A stretch of DNA of 64,000 nucleotides from Candidatus Latescibacterota bacterium (GCA_965223905.1 CBDCXV010000011.1:2112001-2176000), one strand, 5' to 3'. Positions 11,336 to 21,635 are shown, numbered from the stretch's first letter. Notes: generated by a model from the sequence alone, not told the origin. Program-made: numbers and translations.

Positions 11336-12106
11336 TCACACTGCGATGTCGTTTCGGCTACCGAGGCGCTCGAGACAGTGGTCGATCACGTAGCGGTATT
11401 TCGAGTATCCGCGCTGGACCAGGGAGAACCGCTTGATGAGGTCCAGCGCCCAGAAGGGCACCAGGGATTCGGTCTTGATCTCCATAACGACGGGGGACTC
11501 CGCCCACTGCGCGGTGACCGCGTCGTCGTAGTAGCTCATCTCCTCATCATGGCCCGACAGGTCGTACGAGCCGCGCATCAGCCGGTAGCGCATACCGCGG
11601 TCGAACGTAATGCGTCCGTACGCGTCCACGTCGCTGACGAAGGGCTCCCGGTGGTAGCGGAGATGGAGCACGGGCGCGGTGCCGTACAGATGATGGACAT
11701 CGACGAAGGACCGCGGCAGGGCCTCGTACGTCGGCGAGGTGCGTTCGCTCCTGGCGATTTCGAGCACCCCGGGCCACTCCGCTGCGGCGATTCGGTCGCG
11801 GACCTTCCAGACGGTGCGGTTGTGGCGGTACTTGACCTCGAGGGTGACATACTCGACCGCGCCGGTGCCGTAAAAACGGATTCTCGGTTTGAACCGCAGC
11901 AGCTGACGCAGCCTGGTGTCGTGGTAGAAGCGCAACCCGGGAGTATCCATGTACACGCTGTTGACCGTGTAGCTTCCCTGCTCCGTGGGGACGTTGGCGT
12001 CGATGGAAAACAGCGGTTGAATGAAATCGCGGATTTCGGCGGCCTGCGGCTCGGTCACCGTGTACTTCAACTCGTAGCGGTGGACCGCGGGCAGCTCAAC
12101 CGCCAT
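11336..12106 (-). CDS. VTC-domain (polyphosphate polymerase-like, CYTH/TTM fold) protein
   Basis: RYELKY, YTVNSVYMDT, KPRIRFY, LEVK, YHREPF, RITFD, VMEIK, YSKY motifs. Confidence 0.88.
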   Translation of the reverse strand: MAVELPAVHRYELKYTVTEPQAAEIRDFIQPLFSIDANVPTEQGSYTVNSVYMDTPGLRFYHDTRLRQLLRFKPRIRFYGTGAVEYVTLEVKYRHNRTVWKVRDRIAAAEWPGVLEIARSERTSPTYEALPRSFVDVHHLYGTAPVLHLRYHREPFVSDVDAYGRITFDRGMRYRLMRGSYDLSGHDEEMSYYDDAVTAQWAESPVVMEIKTESLVPFWALDLIKRFSLVQRGYSKYRYVIDHCLERLGSRNDIAV

Positions 12107-13409
12107 CGTGGGCCTCCTCCTCCTGCAGGACCCCCGGACCCTCGATGCCCAGCTCGTAGAAAAGGAAATAGAGCGCGTGCGCCAGATCGCGCTGGCTCTC
12201 GGCGATTGCGACCCGCGCATCCATGATCGTGCGCTCGAGCTCCAGGATCTCGTCAGCCGGCACGGTAGGGTAGGCCCGGGTCTCGGCGATCACCTGCGAC
12301 GAGCCCTGGATGATGGCCTCGCCCTCCCGGAGAGTCAGGTCGCGGGCGAGCAATGCCTCCGTGTAGTCGGAGAGCGTTTCGCGGACCTCCTCGGCGATGC
12401 GCTCGCGAACGGAGAGGACCTCGAGCGCGCTTCCCGACACCGCAAGGGAAACGCCGGCCAGGTTGCCCGCATTGCGGTTGAAGAGGGGGAGCTCGAGGCC
12501 GAAGACCAGCTCATGCCAGTCTTCTTCGGACCGCTCGAAGTGTCGCGAAACCTCCAGGAAGGACAACTGCGGCAGCAGTCGCCAGCTCTCGAGGTTTCGC
12601 CTTTCGAGGGCGAGTTGTCGCTGCTCCTCGGCCAACCGAAGCTCCGGGCGGTTGGCGTAGGCGAGGACGAGGAGTCGCTCTTCATTCAAGGCGACTTCGG
12701 GAAGCGGCTCCGAAAGCACCCGGGTCTGCGTGGAGATACCGGTGAGTCGTCGCAACCTGCGCTCTTCCTCCCGCAGTGCGTGCAAGCTGCGAAGGTGACC
12801 CTGGCGCGCCTCGGCAACGACCGTTTTTGCCTTGGTGAAGTAGACGATCGACCTCCGGCCGAGGGCCATCATGGTCTCGATCTGGGAGATCCGCAGGTGC
12901 TCATTCTCAACCCGCCGGGCGGCGATGCGGGCCAGTTCGGCATGCATGGCGATATCGGCGCAGGACCGGCGCACTCGCGAAGCCAGCCAATGCCGCTCCC
13001 TCACCGCCTCCACCTTGCGCTCCCACAAGGCTACCTGCTTCCGCTGCCGTCGCGCTCCCACCTCACCGAGGGAAGGAGGACGCCAGCGGATGCCGATCTC
13101 GAGTTCGTCGAACCGGGCCCTCCCGCGCCGAGAGGCCAGGTTGCGGACGCGCAGCTCCGGATTGTCGATCCAGTCGAGCGAGCGAATCCGGTGGGTGCGA
13201 ACGTCCGTCTCCGTTTCGAACGCACGCAGCCGCGGGTTGTTGTCCAAACCCACCGCCACCGTTTCTTCAATCGTCAGGGGCACCCCGCCCTTGTTGCCGG
13301 CGTTGTGAACGCCCGGGGCTTCGCCCGGGAGATCGGCCGAGGCTGCCGTCGAACCGGGGATCGCAACGAAAGGGGCCAGCACCACGAGAAACCGGCCGCC
13401 TGCTCTCAT
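12096..13409 (-). CDS. TolC-family outer-membrane efflux protein
   Basis: Signal peptide, LTIEETVAVGLDNNPRL, RPEL..AE, LPQL, LELPLFNRNAG; long helical repeats; stop overlaps the VTC gene start. Confidence 0.82.
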   Translation of the reverse strand: MRAGGRFLVVLAPFVAIPGSTAASADLPGEAPGVHNAGNKGGVPLTIEETVAVGLDNNPRLRAFETETDVRTHRIRSLDWIDNPELRVRNLASRRGRARFDELEIGIRWRPPSLGEVGARRQRKQVALWERKVEAVRERHWLASRVRRSCADIAMHAELARIAARRVENEHLRISQIETMMALGRRSIVYFTKAKTVVAEARQGHLRSLHALREEERRLRRLTGISTQTRVLSEPLPEVALNEERLLVLAYANRPELRLAEEQRQLALERRNLESWRLLPQLSFLEVSRHFERSEEDWHELVFGLELPLFNRNAGNLAGVSLAVSGSALEVLSVRERIAEEVRETLSDYTEALLARDLTLREGEAIIQGSSQVIAETRAYPTVPADEILELERTIMDARVAIAESQRDLAHALYFLFYELGIEGPGVLQEEEAHDGG

Positions 13410-14497
13410 CGCCCCGGTCTCCCGATTTCCGGATCGCTCTCTTCCGCGAAGGCGCCCCACGGTGCGGACGGGCGATCGGCAAGGCGTACGCGTACGGACT
13501 CGCCGGGCAGCAGGAGGTGGCCCGGCTCGAGGAGGACACGGGCCCTTCTGGCCCACAACATCTGCCCGCGCAGCCACAGCCTCTCGGGCATCGGTGAGTA
13601 CCCAGGATGCACGAAGTCGATCCTCCCCCTGGCGTCGAACTCGCTCGACCGCCTCGACATCACTTCCACCTCCTGTCCGACATCGAACTGCAGGTCCTCC
13701 GTCTCCGGGACGTACACTTCAACCGCGGAGGCGTCGGCGCTCCCCACGGAAACAATGGGCACGAAAGCATCGACCGTACTTCCCTGCAAGGCCAGGATCT
13801 CGGAGACCGATCCCGCACACGGCGACCTGACCGTCCGGTACTCGATGCGCTGATCGATCAGGGCGAGGGACTGCCGGACCTCGTGCTGGCGCTGCACGCG
13901 GTCGCCGAGAAGCGAAATCATGATGCTGTCGCCATAGGCACCCGAATCGCCGGCGCCAAGCTTGAGCACGTCGGGCCGAATCAGCGCCGACTGTCCGGCT
14001 ACCGACTGCGCCAGGGCATCGCGGCGGATGGTCATGCGGGTGAGATCGCGGTCGTGTCCCAGGCCGGCTTTCTCCGCTGCCACAAGCGCGGCGATTTCCC
14101 GGCCGAGGGCCTCGAGCTCGGCCTCCTCCGCCTGGACTGCCGCGTACTGCTCGGACACGCGCAGCCGCAACAGGTCGTACTCGACGCTGTATCGACGCCG
14201 GTCTGCAGATACTATCGACTCCAGGGCGGCCAGCTCTTCTTGACGCAGTCGCTTTTCCGCCAACAGGTCGGAGGCGTCCAGGCGAGCCAGGACCTGGCCG
14301 GCCACGACGCTTTCCCCCACTGCGGTACTCACCTCCTGGATGGTACCTCCCTCGCGAGCGCCCACCGAGCGCACCGTCGATACCACCGTGCCGATCAGAT
14401 ACGGGTCGGCACGCCACTCCCGATAGCCGGTGGCCGCGGCAAGCACGCCCGCCACCCACAGGGCACGGAAAGAGTTCCTCCTCAGCCAGCGCTTCAT
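13406..14497 (-). CDS. HlyD-family periplasmic adaptor (membrane fusion protein)
   Basis: N-terminal TM, lipoyl-like halves (GESVVAGQVLARLD; VRSPCAGSV), coiled-coil hairpin, LLPGESVRV. Confidence 0.85.
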   Translation of the reverse strand: MKRWLRRNSFRALWVAGVLAAATGYREWRADPYLIGTVVSTVRSVGAREGGTIQEVSTAVGESVVAGQVLARLDASDLLAEKRLRQEELAALESIVSADRRRYSVEYDLLRLRVSEQYAAVQAEEAELEALGREIAALVAAEKAGLGHDRDLTRMTIRRDALAQSVAGQSALIRPDVLKLGAGDSGAYGDSIMISLLGDRVQRQHEVRQSLALIDQRIEYRTVRSPCAGSVSEILALQGSTVDAFVPIVSVGSADASAVEVYVPETEDLQFDVGQEVEVMSRRSSEFDARGRIDFVHPGYSPMPERLWLRGQMLWARRARVLLEPGHLLLPGESVRVRLADRPSAPWGAFAEESDPEIGRPGR

Positions 14498-14500
14498 CCA

Positions 14501-15181
14501 CTACACCTCTACGGCAGAGGAGTGGTTCATGAAGGTCAGCCCGCGTATGCCTTCGATCTGTCCGAGAACCTCGATCAGCCGCGTCGAGTCCGCTTCGTCG
14601 GCGAGTTTCACCTGGTAGGTGCAGTCGACGAGATCGCCCTGGGCGACGTCCCGCATGGTGACCAGGGCGAACGTTCTCGGTACCTCTTGCAGTATCCGGG
14701 CCACCTGGGCGGCAAAGGTCGGCCCCGCCGGTATCTGGAAGCGCACGAGTCCATCGAATTTCATCCGCGTGCCGAACAGCGACGCGTGCATGACTACCGC
14801 GATCGTACAGAACAGGGCGGTTGCGAAGGTGGCGGCGAGGTAGCTCTGAACGCCGCAGGCTACCCCGGCACCAAGAGCAGCGAAGAGGAACACCAGATCG
14901 CGCGGATCGCGCAGGTTGGTGCGAAAACGGATGATGGCCAGCGACCCCACGATACCGATGCCCCGGGCGACGTTGTCGCCGATCGCAATCATCAGCAGAC
15001 AGGTGATGATGCTGCCGAGAACCATGGTCTGCATCAAACCGCGAGACCAGGACAGGCCCTGGAACGTCCACTCGTACACCATTGCGATTATGCTCGAAAG
15101 GCAAAAGGCGAATACCAGAGAGAGCAGAACCTGGTTCCAGTGGAGTTTGATCGTTCCGAAATCGAGCAACAGACTATCCAT
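14501..15181 (-). CDS. DUF4956-like membrane protein
   Basis: Several TM helices, IGDNVARGIGIVGSLAIIRFRTNLRDPRD motif, ACT-like C-terminus; usual neighbour of VTC-domain genes. Confidence 0.85.
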   Translation of the reverse strand: MDSLLLDFGTIKLHWNQVLLSLVFAFCLSSIIAMVYEWTFQGLSWSRGLMQTMVLGSIITCLLMIAIGDNVARGIGIVGSLAIIRFRTNLRDPRDLVFLFAALGAGVACGVQSYLAATFATALFCTIAVVMHASLFGTRMKFDGLVRFQIPAGPTFAAQVARILQEVPRTFALVTMRDVAQGDLVDCTYQVKLADEADSTRLIEVLGQIEGIRGLTFMNHSSAVEV

Positions 15182-15409
15182 CAGACACTGACTCCCGAGT
15201 AACCTTCAAAAGGCGGGGTAGAGGAAGGGGCAAGCCTTTCCGAACATACTGTAAACATTACAAATACACCACCAAGTCAACGGTGCGTCAACCCCGGTTC
15301 CAGTTGAAACGGATCACAGACAAGGGTGAATGCCAGCCGTCATGGCGACCTGTTTGATGCCAAGCTGCCCATTGTCGGATTACCGCGAAGGGAGATATCG
15401 GTTGCCCTG

Positions 15410-15751
15410 CTACATTCCCACTCCCGGGCGTGACCGTCGTAGCGTGTTCCGATCTGTCCGGAGCCTTGCCAGCCATCCCTGAACCACAGGCACGCCGGGT
15501 CGTTCTTCCGCATGGTTCGTCAGAACCATGCGCGCCGTTGTCTCCCGGGACGAGGGAACCGGGGTGGGCTCGGATATGCGTGGAACACCCCAAAATTTGC
15601 TGGGCGGGAGCCAATAGGCAACCACAAAGCCCGTGGCGGAAGTCACCAGGAGCGGAACTCCCACGACGCCGGTCAGAAAACGACCTCCGGGAAAACGGGA
15701 AGCCTCCAATTGCCGGCCCACCCGATCCGACGCCCGGACCACCTCTATCAC
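15410..15751 (-). pseudogene. Possible degenerate PepSY-associated TM-helix protein fragment
   Basis: GVVGVPLLVTSATGFVVAY resembles the PepSY-TM first helix; no clean start. Confidence 0.25.
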
Positions 15752-15999
15752 CAGTGGACAGTGCCCTCGATTCGAGACCCGGCCCGGTGTTCCAGCACCG
15801 GGTGGAGCACACCCCCCAATGTTGCACGAACCCGGTTACTTCCATTAGATAACTCATCTAGATAACGCATCAAGTAGAAAACCCAGCGAGGGCGCCCGGA
15901 CGAATGAAAGCTCACCCCCATTCCACGACATGGATAAGAATGAGACCGACCATCAATTCGTTGGGGCCTCAAGCCGGGAAAGCATGCCGAAGTAAATAC

Positions 16000-17490
16000 A
16001 TGGCGGTAATCGCATGTTTATGCCTGGCAGGCTTCAATTGTTGCACTGACGGAAGCCTTTCCCCGCCCGGGGAGGCGGGGTCTTCCATAGAAATCATTTC
16101 CCCGGAAAGGACCACCCTTGACAGCTACTTTCCTATCATAATCCGGGCTCTTGACAGGGAGGGAGGGACCGATACGAATGTGAACATGGAGACCCCGGTG
16201 ACGGCGGGAAACACCGTAGAGTCCATTACCCTGAAAAAAGGGATGGGATCGGCTTTGATCATCTCCCAGGATGCCCCGGGGGGAGCCCTTTTCCTGGAAA
16301 CGACGAGCGGTTCAAGAGTCGTCTCCCTGGTGGATTCGTTCCCCGTAGAAGAATACTCGGGACAACTGAAGCCGGGATTGCACACATGGGACAGGTCAAA
16401 AGACCGTTACGTCGCCGGGGAGTTGGTAGTGCCAACCGGGACAACCCTGGTTATTGAGGAAGGAACCCGGATCCTCCTGGGAAGCGGAGCGGACGTTGTT
16501 GTTCACGGCAGGATCCAGGCGAAAGGAACATTGGAACGGCCGATCGTCTACATGTCCAGCCAATGGAAGCATCCTTGGGGGGGAATTGAAGTAGTGGAAG
16601 GACGAGCCGAATTCACCCATAGCTTTTTTGTCAATGGAGGGGCGAATCGAAAAAAGGTTTTCGGCCATTCCAACAGCCAGGCGGTGGTAATGGCCAGAAG
16701 GGCCGACGTGCGCTTGACCGCCTGTTATTTTCTCGATAATCCTGGCAAGGCCCTGGGAGGTTGGGAGAGTCATTTGACTATCGACCGGTGCCTGATATCA
16801 CGTTGCGACACCGGAGGAGAATTCGAAAGCAGTGTCGCCCTGATTTCGAATACACACGTAATAGACATTCCCAACGGAGACGGCGTTTTCGTCGATGATG
16901 ACAACGATGGATTCTATTTCAATTCGGTCTATCCGCAAGCAGAAACGCCCTCGCTGGTCAGAGACTCGTTTGTTATAACGGGCAAGGACGACGCCATAGA
17001 TCACAATGGGGCGCTCCTGGAGATCCGCAATTGCTGGCTGGAAGGATTCGCGCATGAAGGGGTAGCGGCGTCAAACGACAATTGGGTGCAGATATTCAAC
17101 ACCGTGATCAGGGGATGCGAGCAGGGAATAGAGGCCGGGTACGGACGACCACGAGTCCTGGTCGACCACTGCGTCGTGGTGGAAAATGGGGTGGGCCTGC
17201 GATTCGGGGATTCGTACGATTGGGGGTCGGAGGGACACATGATCGTGTCAAATTCCATTATTTTCAACAACAAGGACAACATCCTGAATCATGACCTGAA
17301 GACCGGGAAGGCAGTCCAGGGGGCCATTGTCGTCGACCATAGCCTCGTTGCGGATTCCGAACTAGATTCTTCGGCCACCGTCTGGGGCGCAGTACCCCTG
17401 TTCGACGAGAACTACCGCCTGCTGCCTTCCTCCCCGGGGATAGGTCGGGCCGTCGATGGCTCGGACATAGGATTGGTTGATCTGGATTAG
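16000..17490 (+). CDS. Exported right-handed parallel beta-helix repeat protein
   Basis: Hydrophobic N-terminus with Cys; GTLERPIVY..WGGI; repeated D-G-I-D/E-G-I-E coils (DDNDGFYF, KDDAIDHN); start approximate. Confidence 0.7.
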   Translation: MAVIACLCLAGFNCCTDGSLSPPGEAGSSIEIISPERTTLDSYFPIIIRALDREGGTDTNVNMETPVTAGNTVESITLKKGMGSALIISQDAPGGALFLETTSGSRVVSLVDSFPVEEYSGQLKPGLHTWDRSKDRYVAGELVVPTGTTLVIEEGTRILLGSGADVVVHGRIQAKGTLERPIVYMSSQWKHPWGGIEVVEGRAEFTHSFFVNGGANRKKVFGHSNSQAVVMARRADVRLTACYFLDNPGKALGGWESHLTIDRCLISRCDTGGEFESSVALISNTHVIDIPNGDGVFVDDDNDGFYFNSVYPQAETPSLVRDSFVITGKDDAIDHNGALLEIRNCWLEGFAHEGVAASNDNWVQIFNTVIRGCEQGIEAGYGRPRVLVDHCVVVENGVGLRFGDSYDWGSEGHMIVSNSIIFNNKDNILNHDLKTGKAVQGAIVVDHSLVADSELDSSATVWGAVPLFDENYRLLPSSPGIGRAVDGSDIGLVDLD

Positions 17491-18347
17491 GAATCCCGTG
17501 ATTTCCCTTGGGAAACTGGCACTTGCCAGGGATTTACGCAATTGGGCCGGCGCCCATGCAGTTATCTCCGCGCGCTTGGCCATAGCTCTGCTTTTCATGG
17601 GGATCAACCAAGCCCGGTCGGAAAGTGCGAGTGGGATTGCTGAATATTACATCACCTGTGATCCGGACAGCTTTGAATATATCTATGAGAACTACAAACG
17701 AGACCACTATATATCGGTCCACGTTACCCATGGAGAGGAGACATGGCACGACGCCGGGATGCGAATCCGCGGGGACAGCTCGCGGGAACTGGAGAAGAAA
17801 TCCCTCAAGATATGGTTTCCCACGACACCCTTCCTTGACGGCAAGGAGAAATTGAATTTCAACGCTGAGTTTCTGGATAAAAGCTATTTGCGCACGGTCC
17901 TTGCCAGCCGACTGTTCAGGGATACCGGACATCCCGGGTTTCTTGCGGAGTATGCGCGGATTTTCCTCAACGATAAATTCTTCGGCCTTTATGTCCGGGT
18001 AGAAAACATGGACAAGGATTTTTTGAGGCGGAACGATCTGAACACGGATGGAAATCTGTACAAGGCCTATCTTGATGGAGCCTCATTGACAATGGCTGAC
18101 GACATCTCTATCCGTTGGGAGAAAAAAACCAACGATGATGAGGATCGAAGCGATTTGCGAAACCTGATCTTTCTGCTCAACCAAGTTCCCGACATCGAGT
18201 TCCTGAACTTCGCCCGCGGTTATTTTAACTACGACAGAATGATCAATTCCATAACTCTCAATATGCTCTTGGCGAATGGCAGTACCTACTACCACAACTA
18301 CTACATGTTCCACGACATCGGGGGGGATGGGAAATGGTCCATGTTTC

Positions 18348-19811
18348 GGGTCTATCCGGGTTTTTCAACGCCGAAACGTAAGTACGGAAAGTACCTGAGC
18401 CCTTGCTGTCCATCTGAGTACATGACAAGGCCATAGGTCGTTCCCTATGCTTGGTGTATCCCCATCAAGCACTCCCCAAGAAAGGGAAGGGAAGGCGACC
18501 TATGACCGCTATGAAGTTCGTCTCCAAGCTGTTCCAATTCAAGGGATTTCGCGCGGTGGGCGTGTGGTTCGAAGGACACGGGGAAGAAGCGGCCGTCGTG
18601 GTCGCGGTGAAGCCCCAAAGGAACGGGTGCCGGTGTCCCGAGTGTGGGCGCCGCGGCAAGATCGTACAGGTCATGGAGTTCCGCCGCTGGCGCGACGTCC
18701 GCGTTTGCGGCCGTACCCTCTGGTTGCACCACGCCCCTCGGGAGATCCGCTGCCCGACCCACGGCCGTCGCGTCGAGGAGGTGCCCTGGGCGGCGCCCTC
18801 GGCCCAGGTCAGCTACCGCTTCGAATACCTGCTGCTGAGGTACTGCCAGTGGATGACGCAGGCCGCCGCCGCGCGCCTGCTGGGTCTGGCCCCGTCGACC
18901 CTGTCCGACCAGCTGCACCGGCTCATCGAGCGCCGGCGTACGGGGCACCGCATCCGCCGGCTGAAGACCCTCGGCATCGACGAGATCTCCTACGCCAAGG
19001 GCCATAAATACGCTACCCTGGTCTACGACCTGGAACGCTCCCGTGTCGTCTGGGTCGGCAAGGGCAAGGCACGGAAGACCATCGACGCGTTTTTCCGGGA
19101 CCATCTCAGCGCCTTCCAGAAGGACCGCATCCGCTGGGCCTGCTGCGACCTGAGCGAGACCTTCATCGGCGCCATCCGGCAGCATGGTCCCAACGCCGAG
19201 TTGGTCCTGGACCGATTCCACGTCGTCAAGGCCCTCAACGAAGCCGTCGACGAGGTGCGCAAGGAGCAGTGGCGGCAAGCCTGTGGCGAGGACCGCAAGC
19301 TGCTCAAGGGCCTGCGCTGGGTGCTGCTGCATCACTCCGCCCAGCGCTCGCGAAAGGATCGGCGCACGCTCCAAACCCTGGAGAAGGCCAACCGCCGCAT
19401 CTACCGCGCCTGGCGCCTGAAGGACGAGTTCGAGCACTTCTGGCGCTACAAGGCGCGCTGGGCCGCCGAACGCTTCCTCAAGAAGTGGACGACGGCGGCC
19501 CTGCGCAGCCGCCTGCAGCCCCTGCGCAAGTTCGTCAACACGGTGCGCAAGCAGGCGGCCGGCATCACCGCCTTCGTCGACACGCACCTGACCAACGCCG
19601 CCGCCGAAGGGCTCAATCGCATTATCCGCATGGTCAAGAATCGAGCCAGTGGATTTAAAACTCTGGATGCCTTTGCCGACCTGATTTACCTGTGCGTCGG
19701 AGACCTCGATATCCCTGCGCAGATTCCGGCCCGATTCCGTACAGTATGAAACCCTAAAAATCTCATTGGGGAAACGCTATAAATACCACGTTGAAAAACC
19801 CGTATATAGCC
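18348..19811 (+). mobile_element. ISL3-family insertion sequence, copy 1 (1464 bp)
   Basis: 23-bp imperfect terminal IRs (GGGTCTATCCGGGTTTTTCAACG / GGCTATATACGGGTTTTTCAACG); 8-bp TSD CATGTTTC at 18340-18347 and 19812-19819. Confidence 0.96.
18502..19749 (+). CDS. ISL3-family transposase
   Basis: Zn finger CPECG, LGIDE...KGHKYAT, DRFHVVK, TNAAAEGLN. Confidence 0.96.
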   Translation: MTAMKFVSKLFQFKGFRAVGVWFEGHGEEAAVVVAVKPQRNGCRCPECGRRGKIVQVMEFRRWRDVRVCGRTLWLHHAPREIRCPTHGRRVEEVPWAAPSAQVSYRFEYLLLRYCQWMTQAAAARLLGLAPSTLSDQLHRLIERRRTGHRIRRLKTLGIDEISYAKGHKYATLVYDLERSRVVWVGKGKARKTIDAFFRDHLSAFQKDRIRWACCDLSETFIGAIRQHGPNAELVLDRFHVVKALNEAVDEVRKEQWRQACGEDRKLLKGLRWVLLHHSAQRSRKDRRTLQTLEKANRRIYRAWRLKDEFEHFWRYKARWAAERFLKKWTTAALRSRLQPLRKFVNTVRKQAAGITAFVDTHLTNAAAEGLNRIIRMVKNRASGFKTLDAFADLIYLCVGDLDIPAQIPARFRTV

Positions 19812-21558
19812 CATGTTTCCCTGGGATACCGACAAAACCTTCAGTAAGTACGGTATAGACTATCCCTATCATCGCAGTTACCAGCCCCCCAGGCATCCGG
19901 GGCGTTGGGACAATCCGTTTCTTGAACGGGCCCTTCAGAACGACACCATATTTGCAGACATCCAGGACCGCGTCAGGGAATTGAGTCTGACCCACTTCGA
20001 TCCGGAATATCTTTTCGCGCTGATAGACAGCCTTCAGGCGCTACTGGCCCCGAGTGTCGCACTTGACAGGACGGACGATGTTGCAGACCTGGCACAGTGG
20101 AGGAGGCAGATAAATTCCGAGCGCGGCTACATACAGTCGCGCGCTTCCCGCCTCCAGGAGCAATTCGAGAAATGGCCTTCCCCTTTCCAGACCCTGGGAC
20201 TGCGTTGGATCGAGGAAACTCCCTGGTTGGTCTGGCAAACCTCGGACAAATCCACCACCTACACCCTGAAGTACGGCAAGGAGCGCACGCTCCCCGAGGA
20301 CGGAACCCGGACAATTGAAGGCTTGACCGACACCGCTTACGCCCTTCAGTCGGACCTACCCTCCGGGAAGTATTTCTGGAATGTAGAAGCCTTCAACAGC
20401 TACGGGTCCTTCGAGGCTTTCGACAGCAAAGCCACTTTCGTTTTTACGAAACACCTGAGGGAGAGAACACCCGAAACCGACGATGTCGTAATTATCAACG
20501 AATTGAACTATCGCTCCGCCGATGATTTCGACGCTGGTGACTGGATAGAGTTGTACAACCCTCAGAATCGGACAATCGATGTTTCCGGGTGGTATCTCAA
20601 GGATAACCGGGACGACCATACTTTCTTTATCCCCAATTCCACCTATATCGGCAGAAATACCTATCTCGTTTTGTGCCAAAACAGGGACGATTTTCTGGCT
20701 CTATTCCCCAAGATCCGTACCTGCGCTGGAGACTGGGATTTTGGGCTGGATCGCGCCTCCGAATCAGTCAGGGTCTTTGATTCCAACGGGACGTTGGTCG
20801 ATTTCGTTGCTTACCGAAACGAACTTCCCTGGCCTGTCGAGGCTGACGGGACAGGCTCAACTCTTCAGCTTATCAAGGCTGAATCGGACAATCGGTCGGC
20901 AGCAAACTGGGGGGCATCCTCCCGGCACGGGTCTCCGGGGGAGGCCAATGATCCAATCCGTCTCCCAGCAGGGGAAGCCATGAGCAGTTACCCGAATCCC
21001 TTTAATGAGGCCACCACCATTTCTTTTTTCCTTTTTGAAGGAGCCCTGTGTTCCTTGACTATTTTCGACATTCGAGGGGCCCAGATCATCAAGTTGTTGG
21101 ACGAATGGAGACCCTCGGGTTTTCACCAAGTGATCTGGGATGGGAACAATCAAAAAAACAATCGTGTAGCAAGCGGCGTGTACATTGCTCACCTGAAAGG
21201 TCCTGAGGGAATTGGCGAGGCCCAAAAGATTGTCCTGCTCAGGTAGTCCGCTGAGCAACATGTAGGGTGCTTGTGTTTCACAGAAAAAAGCCTGGCTTCC
21301 TTACCTGCGAGTTCGCGGGGCTGGGAGAGTTTCGCACCTGTTTCAGTTTGCAGAGTGCAGCTGAAAATGGGAGAACGCCTCCGGCTACCGAGTACCACCG
21401 GGACGCGAAAGGGTTAAACCTCGAACGCTGATACAGCCCTTTCGTGAGGGGCACTTCAGGATGCTGGTGCATCCGTGCCGGCAGGTGCCACGGTTCTCAA
21501 AAATGGTATGGCTTGAGTTCTGCGTGTATGCACTGCTGGGGGTAGCGGTGCTGATTGA

Positions 21559-21635
21559 TGGTGGGCGATGCCGGGCTCGAACCAGCGACCCCCTGCTTGT
21601 AAGGCAGGTGCTCTGACCAACTGAGCTAATCGCCC
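21559..21635 (-). tRNA. tRNA-Val (anticodon TAC)
   Basis: Reverse complement GGGCGATTAGCTCAGTTGGTCAGAGCACCTGCC-TTACAA-GCAGGGGGTCGCTGGTTCGAGCCCGGCATCGCCCACCA; cloverleaf with encoded CCA. Confidence 0.97.

Larger units (their letters stand above)
17477..21246 (+). pseudogene. CotH-kinase + Fn3-like + lamin-tail + FlgD/T9SS-type tail protein, interrupted by ISL3 copy 1
   Basis: RIRGDSSR..KKSLKI, NFNAEFLDKSYLR, HNYYMF; removing the IS and one TSD restores GKWSMFPWDTDKTF and a 766-codon frame; LTD INELNY..DWIELYN; tail YPNPFN...KIVLLR. Confidence 0.9.

Noticed and set aside
21250-21558. Integrase remnant or att site beside tRNA-Val
   Set aside because: No recombinase motifs and no duplicated tRNA 3' end recognised
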